DNA of 61,002 nucleotides, the filler included. It is 4 parts of 4 records of this genome, joined end to end, with 100 filler letters (N's around TTAATTAATTAA, not from the genome) between each part and the next. Parts side by side here need not be neighbours in the genome. Positions count along the whole stretch, not along the records: positions 1 to 10,050 come from SRR2962707_2225; positions 10,151 to 28,832 come from SRR2962707_2228; 2 more parts are not named here. One strand, written 5' to 3'. Below the pieces are notes generated by a model. That model searched no databases, was not told where the DNA came from, and saw nothing but the letters and a program-made list of their open reading frames with translations. The position numbers and the translations under genes are program-made. Position 1 is the first letter of the stretch; each line of letters opens with the position of its first letter. Shown here piece after piece: positions 8,957-19,007 of the stretch.

Positions 8957-9961
8957 ATGTCCCTCCCGCAAACCATGCGCGCCATGCTGTTCGAGGCGCC
9001 GGGAAAGAAGCTGCGCCTTGCGGAGATACCCGTGCCGCATGCCCGTCCGGGCGAGGTCGTGGTCAAGGTCGAGGCTTGCGGCGTCTGCCGCACCGATCTT
9101 CATGTCGTCGATGGCGAACTGCCGGAGCCGAAGCTCCCCCTCGTGCCCGGCCACGAGATCGTCGGCCGCGTCGCAGCCCTTGGGGAAGGCGTCGCCGCGC
9201 CCGCCCTCGGCGCGCGTGTCGGTATTCCCTGGCTCGGATGGACCTGTGGGCAGTGCCGCTACTGCAGGGCCGGCAAGGAAAACCTCTGCGAGAGCGCGCT
9301 CTTCACCGGCTACACGCGCGACGGCGGCTATGCCGAGTTCGCGCTCGCCGATGCGCGCTTCTGTTTCCCGGTCGCCGAAAGCTACGGTGCGGCGGAAGCG
9401 GCGCCGCTTCTCTGCGCCGGGCTCATCGGCTACCGCTCGCTCCGCATGGCGGGCGAGGGAAAGCTGCTCGGCATCTACGGCTTCGGCGCGGCGGCGCATA
9501 TCGTCGCGCAGGTGGCGCGCCACGAAGGCTGGCGGCTCTTCGCTTTCGTGAAACCCGGCGACGAAGCCGCGAAGGCGTTTGCGCGCTCGCTCGGCGCGGA
9601 ATGGGCAGGCGGTTCCGACGAGGCGCCGCCGGACCTTCTCGACGCCGCCATCATCTATGCGCCTGCCGGGCCGCTCGTCCCTGCCGCGCTCCGCGCCGTT
9701 GCGCCCGGCGGCCGCGTCGTCTGCGCCGGCATTCACATGTCGGACATTCCCTCCTTCCCCTACGACATTCTCTGGCGCGAGCGCTCGCTCCATTCGGTCG
9801 CGAATCTGACGCGCGCGGATGGCGAGGAGTTCCTCGCCCTCGCGCCGAAAGTGCCGGTCGTCACCACGGTCGAGACGCTGCCGCTCGAGCAGGCGAACGA
9901 GGCGCTGGCCCGTCTCCGCGACGGCCGCCTCGCCGGCGCCGCCGTGCTCGTGATGTCATGA
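8957..9961 (+). CDS. Zinc-binding alcohol dehydrogenase family protein
   Basis: ACGVCRTDLH, GHEIVG, CGQCRYC...ENLC, APLLCAG, GIYGFGAAA; AGGAG RBS. Confidence 0.92.
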   Translation: MSLPQTMRAMLFEAPGKKLRLAEIPVPHARPGEVVVKVEACGVCRTDLHVVDGELPEPKLPLVPGHEIVGRVAALGEGVAAPALGARVGIPWLGWTCGQCRYCRAGKENLCESALFTGYTRDGGYAEFALADARFCFPVAESYGAAEAAPLLCAGLIGYRSLRMAGEGKLLGIYGFGAAAHIVAQVARHEGWRLFAFVKPGDEAAKAFARSLGAEWAGGSDEAPPDLLDAAIIYAPAGPLVPAALRAVAPGGRVVCAGIHMSDIPSFPYDILWRERSLHSVANLTRADGEEFLALAPKVPVVTTVETLPLEQANEALARLRDGRLAGAAVLVMS

Positions 9962-9983
9962 GATACGATGGCCACCTCTCTTC

Positions 9984-10050
9984 CCACCCTCCCCTTGTGG
10001 GGTGAGAGGCGGTTCGCGCAAGCGAACGAAAAGGTCCGGTGGACCTTTTC
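9984..10050. repeat. Palindromic repeat element truncated at the contig end
   Basis: CCCTCCCCTTGTGGGG, GTTCGC-GCAA-GCGAAC, GAAAAGGTCC-ggt-GGACCTTTTC stacked hairpins; assembly breaks inside it. Confidence 0.65.
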
Positions 10051-10150
10051 NNNNNNNNNNNNNNNNNNNNNNNNNNNNNNNNNNNNNNNNNNNNTTAATT
10101 AATTAANNNNNNNNNNNNNNNNNNNNNNNNNNNNNNNNNNNNNNNNNNNN
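10051..10150. other. Artificial contig linker
   Basis: 44 N + TTAATTAATTAA + 44 N; base composition changes across it. Confidence 0.99.
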
Positions 10151-10239
10151 TCCTGAACGCCGGGATCTTGCTTTGTCGTTGTCAAGACAGGGGGAGGTCT
10201 CATCCCCTTTGAGGCAGCGCCGATAAGGAGATTTTGCGA

Positions 10240-11442
10240 ATGGATCGTCCAGAATTTTACCGTTTCCATCAAGGTGACCGCATTCTGCCGTTTGCGGCGT
10301 CAGAATATGAGGCACGTCTTGCCAAATTGCGCACCATCATGGCCGCGTGCGGTGTTGACGCGTGTGTTTTCACCTCGATGCATAACATTGCTTATTATTC
10401 CGGCTTTTTGTATTGCGCGTTTGGGCGGCCTTATGCGCTGGTCGTCACACCAACCGACACTGTCACGATCAGTGCGGGCATTGATGCAGCCCAACCGTGG
10501 CGCCGGTGCCATGGCGATAACATTACCTATACCGACTGGCAGCGACATAACTACTGGCGCGCGGTTCGGTCTGTTACCGGGGTTGGCAAAGTTGTCGGCT
10601 ATGAAGGTGATCATCTTAGCCTTGTGCAAAAGGCGTTGCTTGATGAGTTTCTTAACCCCGCCAGCAGCCGGGACATCACCGCCGACACCATGCGCCAGCG
10701 CATGCATAAATCACCCGCCGAAATCGCCCTGATCCGAAGCGGCGCACAGGTGGCCGATGTGGGGGGCTATGCCATTCGCGATGCCATCAAGGAAGGTGTG
10801 CGCGAGATTGATGTGGCCATGGCCGGGCGCGATGCGATGGAACTTGAAATCGCCAAACGATTCCCCGATGCGGAATATCGCGATACGTGGGTGTGGTTCC
10901 AGTCGGGCATCAATACCGATGGTGCGCACAATCCCGTCACGGCGCGCAAACTCCAGCGTGGCGATATCCTGTCGCTGAATACCTTTCCGATGATTTCGGG
11001 TTATTACACCGCCCTTGAGCGGACCCTGTTTGTCGGTGAGGTCGATGATGCCAGCCTGAAAATCTGGCAGACCAATGTCGGCGCGCATGAATATGGCATG
11101 TCGTTGCTTAAACCCGGTGTGTCCTGTGCGGCGGTGACGGAAAAGATCAACGCCTTTTTCGCGGAACGTGACCTTTTGCAACATCGCACCTTTGGCTATG
11201 GCCACAGCTTTGGTGTGCTATCGCATTATTATGGCCGCGAAGCCGGGCTTGAGCTGCGCGAGGATATCGACACGGTGCTTGAACCGGGCATGGTGATCAG
11301 CATGGAACCGATGCTGACCATCGCCGACGGGAAACCGGGTGCCGGTGGCTACCGCGAGCATGATATTCTTGTCATCACCGAGGATAGCAATGAAAACATC
11401 ACCGGGTACCCTTATGGCCCGGATTTCAACGTGGTTGGGTAA
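10240..11442 (+). CDS. Creatinase (creatine amidinohydrolase, M24 fold)
   Basis: FTSMHNIAYYSGFLYCAFGRPY, QPWRR, DTWVWFQSGINTDGAHNPVT, YYTALERT, FGYGHSFGVLSHYYGREAGLELREDI, GYREHDIL. Confidence 0.93.
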   Translation: MDRPEFYRFHQGDRILPFAASEYEARLAKLRTIMAACGVDACVFTSMHNIAYYSGFLYCAFGRPYALVVTPTDTVTISAGIDAAQPWRRCHGDNITYTDWQRHNYWRAVRSVTGVGKVVGYEGDHLSLVQKALLDEFLNPASSRDITADTMRQRMHKSPAEIALIRSGAQVADVGGYAIRDAIKEGVREIDVAMAGRDAMELEIAKRFPDAEYRDTWVWFQSGINTDGAHNPVTARKLQRGDILSLNTFPMISGYYTALERTLFVGEVDDASLKIWQTNVGAHEYGMSLLKPGVSCAAVTEKINAFFAERDLLQHRTFGYGHSFGVLSHYYGREAGLELREDIDTVLEPGMVISMEPMLTIADGKPGAGGYREHDILVITEDSNENITGYPYGPDFNVVG

Positions 11443-11466
11443 GCCCGATCAACGTTGATCGCACAT

Positions 11467-11499
11467 AAAAAAACGGGCCCGCACATGCAGGCCCGTTTT
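11467..11499. terminator. Bidirectional intrinsic terminator between convergent genes
   Basis: AAAAAAACGGGCC...GGCCCGTTTT. Confidence 0.8.
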
Positions 11500-11585
11500 G
11501 ATTTTATGCGGTTCATTTTCAACGCAGCGCTGGAAAATTCAAGCCTCGCGCGGGCAGAGATATTGTTGCCGACAACGCCGCCGCA

Positions 11586-12629
11586 TCAGCTGGCAAATGC
11601 CAATTGAACCTTCACCGATTTGCTGCGATCCCGCGCAACTTCAAAGGCCTCTTTGGCGGTTTCAAGCGGGAAGGTCTGGGTAATGATCGGTGCGACATCG
11701 ATTTCGCCACGATCAATCATGCCAACAGCCTCGGCAAATTCGGTGCTGAAACGGAAGGTCCCGGTAATCGTGATTTCCTTGGCGACCAGCGGATTGAACG
11801 GTACGGGCATTTCACCGGCAACCCCGACCTGCACGAGAATACCCTGCGGGCGCAGGGTGCTGATGGCTGTGCGCAATGCGGCAGGCGCAGCAGAACATTC
11901 CAGACACACGTCAAATTGCCCCTTTTCGGCTTCGTAAGGTGTGAGCTCGTTAGCGGCTTTGGCAATATTGATTGTCCGGGTTGCCCCCATTTTCCGCGCC
12001 ACACCCAAGGCAAAGTCCTGCAAGTCGGTCACGACAATTTCAGTTGCCCCGGCAAGCTTAGCCGCCGCCGCACAAAGACTGCCAATCGGTCCCGCCCCGG
12101 TAATCAGGACCTTTTTACCCGAAAGATTACCGGCCCGGGCGACCGCATGCAGACAGACCGCAAGGGGTTCCGCACAGGCAGCCCGACCGATATCGGTTTG
12201 ATCGCCAATGGCAAAACATTGGCCCTGCCCGACATTGACCAGATCGCGAAACGCCCCCTGAATATGGGGCATGGGCATGGCGGACCCGAAGAACTTCATG
12301 TTCAGGCAATGCTGTTGCAAGTTCTGCTGGCAATAACGGCATGTGCCGCATGGATGACTTGGATTGATGGCAACCTTTTGCCCAACAGACAGTCCGCTGA
12401 CATCCGGACCAAGTGCGACAATTGTTCCGGCGGCTTCATGGCCAAGGATGATCGGTTCGCGCACCCGGATCTGGCCGATCCCGCCTTCGAAGTAGTAATG
12501 CATGTCCGACCCGCACACGCCACCGGCCCCCACACGGACAAGCACTTCATCCTTGATCGGATCGAGGGTGGCTTCGGTGTCGATACGAAGATCATCTTGG
12601 CCATACAAACGGCAAACACGTGTTTGCAT
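11586..12629 (-). CDS. Zn-dependent aldonate 5-dehydrogenase (L-idonate 5-dehydrogenase-like)
   Basis: GGVCGSDMHY, LGHEAAG, NPSHPCGTCRYC, MKFFGSAMPMPHIQGAF, EPLAVCLHA, GAGPIG, DRSKSVKVQL. Confidence 0.85.
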   Translation of the reverse strand: MQTRVCRLYGQDDLRIDTEATLDPIKDEVLVRVGAGGVCGSDMHYYFEGGIGQIRVREPIILGHEAAGTIVALGPDVSGLSVGQKVAINPSHPCGTCRYCQQNLQQHCLNMKFFGSAMPMPHIQGAFRDLVNVGQGQCFAIGDQTDIGRAACAEPLAVCLHAVARAGNLSGKKVLITGAGPIGSLCAAAAKLAGATEIVVTDLQDFALGVARKMGATRTINIAKAANELTPYEAEKGQFDVCLECSAAPAALRTAISTLRPQGILVQVGVAGEMPVPFNPLVAKEITITGTFRFSTEFAEAVGMIDRGEIDVAPIITQTFPLETAKEAFEVARDRSKSVKVQLAFAS

Positions 12630-12632
12630 TGG

Positions 12633-13907
12633 TTACTCCATCAGGGACGGCAGCCAGGTTGACAGCGCCGGAATATAGGAAACAAGAAACAGGATCGTGA
12701 TATTGGTCAACAGGAACGGTGCAAGTGCCCGGATCACGGTGGTGACCGGCGCCTTGGCGATGTTCGCGCAGATGAACATGCAAATGCCCACTGGCGGCGT
12801 TGTCAGACCAATCATCAGGTTCAGAACAGCAAACACCGCGAAGTGGATCGGATCGACGCCAACATTGGTCGCAAGGGTCAGAAGCGGCACGAACAGGATG
12901 ATCAAGGCGGCAATCGTTTCCATGAACATGCCAACAATCAGCAAAACCAGATTGATCAGCAAGATCACGGCATATTTGTTATCGGTCACAGACAAGACCG
13001 CATCTGAAATCATCTGCGGAATGCGTTCCGACACCAGTATCCAGCCAAAGACATTTGCCAGCCCGACAAGTGCGAGAATGGCAGCGGCGGTCACCGCACT
13101 GTCGATGACAATTTTCGGTACTTTACGCAAAGGCAGTTCGCGATACACACAACAACCGACGATCAAGGCATAGAGACTGGCAATCACAGCCGTTTCAGTC
13201 GGGGTGACAATGCCGCTCAACAATCCGCCAATGATCAGCCCCGTCATCGCAAGCGCCCAGAAGGCACCGGTAAAGGAACGGGCAAGCTCGCCAAAGCCCT
13301 GCCAGGGTTGGTGGGGGAAATTGCGTCTTACGGCAATGATGTAGCAGGTCACCATCATTGCAAGCCCCATCAGAATGCCCGGAATGGCACCAGCGATAAA
13401 CATCTTGCCGACAGAAATGCCCGACAGCGCGCCGACAATGATCATTGGCATGCTGGGCGGAATAATCGGCCCGACGGTTGATGATGCCGCCGTCACTGCG
13501 GCGGAAAACGCCGGGGTATATCCGGCACGAATCATACCCGGGATCATCATCCCGCCAATCGATGCCGCGTCCGCAACCGCCGTTCCGGAAATGCCGCCAA
13601 ACAGCATCGACCCGGTCACGTTGGTCAGGCCAAGGCCGCCCCGCATCCAGCCGACCATGGCATTGGCGAAACGCACAATGCGCGGTGTGATCCCCCCGCC
13701 ATTCATCAGATTTCCGGCAAGGATAAAGCCCGGAATACACAGCAGGACAAACACATCCATGCCTGCAAAGAGCTTTTGCGGGATAACGACAAGCGGGATG
13801 CCTTCAAGCAGAAGATAGCACAGCGAGGACAGACCCAGTGTCACGGCAACGGGAAGGCCAATGACAAGGCCGAGGGCAAAAACGCCAAATAGAATTGCAA
13901 GGCTCAT
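12633..13907 (-). CDS. TRAP transporter large permease (DctM)
   Basis: IPGFILAGNLM, FGGISGTAVADAA, GPIIPPS, TPTETA, GLTTPPVG. Confidence 0.93.
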   Translation of the reverse strand: MSLAILFGVFALGLVIGLPVAVTLGLSSLCYLLLEGIPLVVIPQKLFAGMDVFVLLCIPGFILAGNLMNGGGITPRIVRFANAMVGWMRGGLGLTNVTGSMLFGGISGTAVADAASIGGMMIPGMIRAGYTPAFSAAVTAASSTVGPIIPPSMPMIIVGALSGISVGKMFIAGAIPGILMGLAMMVTCYIIAVRRNFPHQPWQGFGELARSFTGAFWALAMTGLIIGGLLSGIVTPTETAVIASLYALIVGCCVYRELPLRKVPKIVIDSAVTAAAILALVGLANVFGWILVSERIPQMISDAVLSVTDNKYAVILLINLVLLIVGMFMETIAALIILFVPLLTLATNVGVDPIHFAVFAVLNLMIGLTTPPVGICMFICANIAKAPVTTVIRALAPFLLTNITILFLVSYIPALSTWLPSLME

Positions 13908-14413
13908 GGGAAGTCCTTTGTCGTATCTTCGGCTTTTCCATCGGAAACGCCGGCGATGATCCGGATCATGCGCAGAACCGCGAAAAGTCCGAGAACGGCA
14001 AGTAAAATGAAAACAACGGCGTGAATGAAATCCATCCGAACCCCAAGTGCCGGCGACGTTTGGAGGACACCAATGGAAACGAACATCCATGCCGGAAACA
14101 GCAAAGTCAGACAGAACCCGGCGGTGAGTGCTGCGGAAACAAACATCAGCCAACGCTGGATCGGCAACGGCAGCAAATCGCAAACGATGTCGACATTTAC
14201 CAGATCACCATTGCGAAACGACAGCCCAACCCCGAAGGCGGCAAGAAACAGAAGCGCATAACGGGTGAGTTCTTCTGTCCAGACCGGAGAACTGGGCAAA
14301 AAGGTCCGCGAAAATACCTGTGTCAGAACAGTAAAGATCAGAAGACCGAAAGCGGCCCCTGTTCCAACCCGGCAAAGTGCAATGATGAACGCGTATAATC
14401 TGGCTGAAAGCAC
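13904..14413 (-). CDS. TRAP transporter small permease (DctQ); start may extend to 14446
   Basis: QVFSR, WTEELTRY, LVNVD, QTSPALG; lies between dctP and dctM. Confidence 0.88.
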   Translation of the reverse strand: MLSARLYAFIIALCRVGTGAAFGLLIFTVLTQVFSRTFLPSSPVWTEELTRYALLFLAAFGVGLSFRNGDLVNVDIVCDLLPLPIQRWLMFVSAALTAGFCLTLLFPAWMFVSIGVLQTSPALGVRMDFIHAVVFILLAVLGLFAVLRMIRIIAGVSDGKAEDTTKDFP

Positions 14414-14469
14414 GTTACTTCCCCGTCGGAAAAGGTTCGGCCGCAATCACGCGGCCGAACCGGCAATAC

Positions 14470-15447
14470 TCAGTTTGCGAAAAGATCTTCGACAATCGGA
14501 CGGATTTCGTCGGAGACATTTGCCAAAACAGCGTCTTTAGCCTTCGACGCAAAGGCTTCTTTGTCGATTTCGACAAAGGTCATGCCCTTGGACTGCAGTT
14601 CTTCAGTCAGACGCTCCTCGTCGGCAGCAAACAGATCACGCTCATAGACTTGGGCGCGTTTCGCGGCTTCCATGACGGCGTCCTTGTCGGCATCCGACAA
14701 TTTACCCCAGGTGATTTCCGAGATGGTCAGGTAAATCCATGAACGGACATGCTCGGTCTTGTTCACGAATTTCTGGACTTCATCGAAGCTTGCCGATTCA
14801 ATCAGCGCCAATGGGTTTTCCTGTGCGTCGATGGTACCAGCCTGCAAGGAGGTGAAGACCTCGGAGAACGCCATTGGTGTTGGCTGTGCCCCCAGCGACT
14901 TCCAAACATCAACGAACAGCGGAACGTTTGGAACGCGCATTTTCAGGCCATCCAAATCATCGGGAGACTTGATCGCGCGGTTGGATGTCAGGTTACGAGG
15001 ACCACGGGCAAAATAGGCGATTGGACGGATGCGGGCCTTTTCAATGATCTGCTGTTCAATTTGATCACCGATTTCACCGCTGGCAACAGCATCCATGTCT
15101 TCAAGCGTTTTATAAGCGTAAGGCACGGCAAGAAGTGCTGCCTTTGGCGCCCAGTTCTGAAGGCTTTCACCGGTAATTGTCATATCGACGGCACCAAGCT
15201 GCATGCCGTTGATCAGATCAATTTCCTTGCCAAGCGTTTCGTTCGGGAAGACCTGAACTTCAATACGGCCATCGGTGAGGGTTGAAAGCTCCTCGCCAAA
15301 TTTTACGGCGGCCTTGTGCCAGGCGTTCTGTTCGTTGGCCAAGTGACCAAGCTTGAGCGTCATCTCTGCTGCGATTGCAGAATTGCACATAAGGATGGCG
15401 GCGGCGCCGGCAAGTATCAGTTTTTTGGTTGTTTGTATTGTAAGCAT
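14470..15447 (-). CDS. TRAP substrate-binding protein (DctP)
   Basis: Signal peptide, DLDGLKMRVP, PTPMAFSEVFTSLQAGTIDAQENP. Confidence 0.93.
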   Translation of the reverse strand: MLTIQTTKKLILAGAAAILMCNSAIAAEMTLKLGHLANEQNAWHKAAVKFGEELSTLTDGRIEVQVFPNETLGKEIDLINGMQLGAVDMTITGESLQNWAPKAALLAVPYAYKTLEDMDAVASGEIGDQIEQQIIEKARIRPIAYFARGPRNLTSNRAIKSPDDLDGLKMRVPNVPLFVDVWKSLGAQPTPMAFSEVFTSLQAGTIDAQENPLALIESASFDEVQKFVNKTEHVRSWIYLTISEITWGKLSDADKDAVMEAAKRAQVYERDLFAADEERLTEELQSKGMTFVEIDKEAFASKAKDAVLANVSDEIRPIVEDLFAN

Positions 15448-15472
15448 CTGTTCCTCCCTGTTTGGTGATGCC

Positions 15473-16186
15473 TTAGGGTGACGACGCAATCGTGTCGGCG
15501 TCGTCGAAGAGCTCCGTTCTGGAGCGCGCAATATCAGGCAGCGTATGCAAGATTTCACGAAGGTGTTCACGCATGGCTGCGCTGGCTTTTTCGGGATCAC
15601 GCGATGTGATTGCCGAAACAATTTGGACGTGCTGATCAATGATTTCTTCCATCGGAAACTGGAAGTAGCTCAGGTAACGCACGCGGTCGAGTTGGGCACG
15701 GACATCCTCAACAACCTTCCAGGCATAGGTTTTTCCCGCTGCTTCTGCGAGGCTGCGATGGAAGTCGTGATCAAGTTTCAAGAAAGCACGCGCATCGCCT
15801 TTCATCGCTTTGCGCTGATCGCGGATCAGATTTTCAAGATGCCCCAAAAATACGTCGTTCGGCTCTTGGGCGACGAAGCGCGCGATATCGGCTTCGACCG
15901 CCTCACGGACAAAGCGGGCGTCAAGAACAGCTGCGACAGAGATTTTTCTGACATACGTGCCGCGTTGCGGGCGAACCTCTAAAAGACCTTCGTCAGAAAG
16001 CTTGATGAAAGCTTCGCGGATGGGCTGGCGGCTAACATTGTAATGTTTTGCAAGTTCGGCTTCGGACAGGCGCACACCGGGCAACAAATCCGCACAAACA
16101 ATCCGTTCACGGATAATGCGGTGGATCTGCGGCCCGACGGCCTGATCGTTCGTTACTTCCCAGTCGTTTTCTTTAGGGTCACCCAT
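15473..16186 (-). CDS. GntR/FadR-family regulator with FCD domain
   Basis: LSEAELAKHYNVSRQPIREA, VRPQRGTYV, LDHDFHRSL, QHVQIV..MREHL. Confidence 0.92.
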   Translation of the reverse strand: MGDPKENDWEVTNDQAVGPQIHRIIRERIVCADLLPGVRLSEAELAKHYNVSRQPIREAFIKLSDEGLLEVRPQRGTYVRKISVAAVLDARFVREAVEADIARFVAQEPNDVFLGHLENLIRDQRKAMKGDARAFLKLDHDFHRSLAEAAGKTYAWKVVEDVRAQLDRVRYLSYFQFPMEEIIDQHVQIVSAITSRDPEKASAAMREHLREILHTLPDIARSRTELFDDADTIASSP

Positions 16187-16217
16187 CAAACTCTCCTTGC
16201 CTTTCTGATTCATGATG

Positions 16218-16234
16218 CATACTACCATACTAGT
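16218..16234. promoter_or_regulatory. Candidate GntR/FadR operator in the divergent promoter region
   Basis: CATACTA-C-CATACTAGT tandem half-sites between gntR and uxuA. Confidence 0.5.
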
Positions 16235-16312
16235 CAACAAAATTATGTCGTGATATCATCCAAGCAGTTATAGTCGCGATTGCAGACACCACGCCAACAC
16301 AGAGAGAAGCAT

Positions 16313-17530
16313 ATGAAACAAACCTGGAGATGGTTCGGCCCGCACGATTTGGTCAGCATTGACGATATTTGTCAGGCGGGGGCGCACGGCGTGGTATCCG
16401 CCCTTCATCACATCCCCAGTGACGCGGTCTGGACTCCGGACGAAATTGCCAAGCGTCATTCAGAAATTGCGACCATGAAAGACGGTTCTGCGTCTGGCCT
16501 AACCTGGGATGTTGTTGAAAGTCTTCCGGTTTCAGAATCGATCAAACGTCAGGTCGGCCCATGGCGAGACCATATTGAGGCCTATAAGCAAAGTCTGCGT
16601 AATCTGGCAGATTCCGGGATCAGTATTGTTTGTTATAACTTTATGCCCATCCTTGACTGGACACGTACTCATCTGAACTGGCGCCTGTCAAACGGGGCGA
16701 CCTGCATGCGATTCGATCTGGTTGATTTTGTCGCGTTTGACCTGTGCATTCTTGGCCGTGCGGGTGCGGAAAATGACTATCCTGCCGAAATCATTGCCGA
16801 GGCAAAAACCCGGTTTAATGCAATGTCCGAAGACCGGCGCGCTGAACTGGAACGCACTGTTGCCTTTGGCCTGCCGGGATCCGTGGAAAACCTGACGCTT
16901 GATGATCTGCGCGCGTTGCTTGAAACTTATGCCGATATCGATGCCGATTCGCTTCGTGCCAATCTGGTCGCATTTCTTGAAGAAGTTGTTCCTGTTGCAC
17001 GTGAGGTCGGCATTCGCATGTGCTGCCATCCTGATGACCCGCCCTTTGGGCTTTTGGGGCTGCCCCGGGTCATGTCGACCGAGGCCGATTATGCCTTTGT
17101 CATGCAGGCCGTGGATACTCCCGAAAATGGCATCACGCTTTGTTCGGGATCACTTGGTGTGCATCCGGGCAATGATTTGCCCGGTATGATGAAACGCTGG
17201 GGGTCGCGCGTACATTTCATTCATTTGCGGAACACCAAACGCGAAGGCCAGAATCTGCCGTGCAGCTTCTATGAAGCTGAACATCTGGATGGCGATACCG
17301 ACATGGTTTCGCTGATTGAGCAGATCCTGCGCGAGGAAGCGTTGCGCAAATCCGCCGGACGATCCGACTGGAACATTCCCATACGCCCAGATCATGGTCA
17401 GGACATCCTTGACGATCTGAATCGCAAGGGACAACCGGGCTATCCGGCGATTGGACGCCTTAAGGGGCTGGCCGAACTGCGCGGTGTCATGACGGCATTG
17501 TCGGCACGGCTTGATCGGCTTGGGGGTTAA
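16313..17530 (+). CDS. uxuA: Mannonate dehydratase
   Basis: MKQTWRWFGP, VVESLPV, CYNFMPILDWTRT, HPDDPP, RPDHG, PGYPAIGRLKGLAELRG. Confidence 0.95.
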   Translation: MKQTWRWFGPHDLVSIDDICQAGAHGVVSALHHIPSDAVWTPDEIAKRHSEIATMKDGSASGLTWDVVESLPVSESIKRQVGPWRDHIEAYKQSLRNLADSGISIVCYNFMPILDWTRTHLNWRLSNGATCMRFDLVDFVAFDLCILGRAGAENDYPAEIIAEAKTRFNAMSEDRRAELERTVAFGLPGSVENLTLDDLRALLETYADIDADSLRANLVAFLEEVVPVAREVGIRMCCHPDDPPFGLLGLPRVMSTEADYAFVMQAVDTPENGITLCSGSLGVHPGNDLPGMMKRWGSRVHFIHLRNTKREGQNLPCSFYEAEHLDGDTDMVSLIEQILREEALRKSAGRSDWNIPIRPDHGQDILDDLNRKGQPGYPAIGRLKGLAELRGVMTALSARLDRLGG

Positions 17531-17534
17531 AAAA

Positions 17535-19007
17535 ATGAACACCTCTGATCCTTCTGATGTGACTTTACACCCCAATCCCGCCGATGCCGCCGATGCCACC
17601 AAGGCCGGTATCGTGCATATCGGTATTGGCGCGTTTCACCGCGCCCATCAGGCGGTTTATACGGATGTGGCCATGGCCGCCAAAGGGGGTAACTGGCGCA
17701 TTATCGGTGTCAGTTTGCGCAGTACGGATATTGTTGATGCCTTAAATGCGCAGAACGGTACCTTTACACTGATCGAACGCCACCCGGACGGCCCCAAAGC
17801 TCGCAAAATTACCAGCATTTTGCATGCAATTGCCGCCGCACGGGATGTCGCTCCGGTTTTAGATGCGCTTGCCGATCCGGCAATTCGGATCGTGACCATC
17901 ACGGTAACCGAAAAGGCTTATGGCATTGATCGTGAATCGGGGACGGTTCAGACCGAACACCCTGCGGTGAAACATGATCTTGCCAACCCTGACACGCCTT
18001 GCGGACTTCTTGGTTTGCTTGTTGCCGGACTAAAGCGTCGCAAGGACGCCGGTGTGCGAGCCTACACAGTTGTGTCGTGCGATAACCTTCCATCGAACGG
18101 GCGTTTGCTGCGTGCGGGTGTGATTGATTTTGCCAAGCATCTTGATCCCGATCTCGCGATCTGGATTACGGACAATGTTTCTTTTCCCGAGACCATGGTC
18201 GACCGGATCACCCCGGCGGCAACGGCGGCGACCCGTTCTGATGCCAAGCATTTGACAGGCCTTGATGATCCTGCGGCAATTGAAACCGAGCCGTTCTCTC
18301 AATGGGTGATTGAAGATGCCTTTTCCGATGGCAGACCGGCATGGGAAGAAGGCGGTGCGATCCTTGTCGCCGATGTTGAGCCCTATGAACGCATGAAGCT
18401 TCGCATGCTTAATGGCAGTCATTCGCTCATCGCCTATATGGGGCAACTGGGTGGATACCGATATGTGCGCGACGCGATGGCAAGCGATGCCTTTTCGCGT
18501 CTTGTGACACTGCATATGGAAAATGCGGCGTCGACGATGCCACCCTTGGCCGGGATTGATTTTTCCGATTACGGTGCGGATCTGGTGGCCCGGTTTGCCA
18601 ATCGCGAAATTGCCCATGAAACCAACCAGATCGCGATGGACGGCACAGAAAAACTTCCGCAGCGGATTTTTGCCCCGGCCTGTGATCTGCCACCGGGAAG
18701 CCCCCGGCTGGGCACATTCGCGCTTTGTTTTGCCGCGTGGTTGGCCGTCATGCACCACCGCATTAACGCGGACAAAACCAACGAACTTGCCCAACAGCTC
18801 AATGATCCGCGTGCCGATGAAATTATCAGTGCCTTGGGCGATCATCAGGACCCGGCAGTCATTTATGAAAAACTGGCGCATTTGCCGGGATGGATGCCCC
18901 AACAGTTGCAAGACGATGCGGTATGGCGCAGTGCTGTGATCGCGCGACTGTCCCTATTGATGTCAGAGGGTGCGGATGCGGCACTCAAGCGTGAGCTTGC
19001 CATATGA
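17535..19007 (+). CDS. uxuB: Mannitol dehydrogenase family protein (D-mannonate oxidoreductase/fructuronate reductase)
   Basis: IVHIGIGAFHRAHQA, TVTEKAY, SCDNLPSNG, FPETMVDRITP, QWVIED, KLRMLNGSH, QIAMDGTEKLPQR; follows uxuA. Confidence 0.85.
   Translation: MNTSDPSDVTLHPNPADAADATKAGIVHIGIGAFHRAHQAVYTDVAMAAKGGNWRIIGVSLRSTDIVDALNAQNGTFTLIERHPDGPKARKITSILHAIAAARDVAPVLDALADPAIRIVTITVTEKAYGIDRESGTVQTEHPAVKHDLANPDTPCGLLGLLVAGLKRRKDAGVRAYTVVSCDNLPSNGRLLRAGVIDFAKHLDPDLAIWITDNVSFPETMVDRITPAATAATRSDAKHLTGLDDPAAIETEPFSQWVIEDAFSDGRPAWEEGGAILVADVEPYERMKLRMLNGSHSLIAYMGQLGGYRYVRDAMASDAFSRLVTLHMENAASTMPPLAGIDFSDYGADLVARFANREIAHETNQIAMDGTEKLPQRIFAPACDLPPGSPRLGTFALCFAAWLAVMHHRINADKTNELAQQLNDPRADEIISALGDHQDPAVIYEKLAHLPGWMPQQLQDDAVWRSAVIARLSLLMSEGADAALKRELAI

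Noticed and set aside
1000-9793. Long overlapping ORFs (1000-2499, 2862-4088, 5164-7041, 7276-8691, 8600-9793, and the 5' part of 4650-5654)
   Set aside because: Arg/Gly/Ala-rich shadow frames expected in very GC-rich DNA, overlapping well-supported genes.
10095-10106. TTAATTAATTAA as a biological repeat or attachment site
   Set aside because: Identical in all three N-blocks; a synthetic all-frame-stop spacer.
10151-10239. Riboswitch upstream of creatinase
   Set aside because: Only a short GGGGA...TCCCC hairpin; no recognisable aptamer and the leader is cut by the contig edge.
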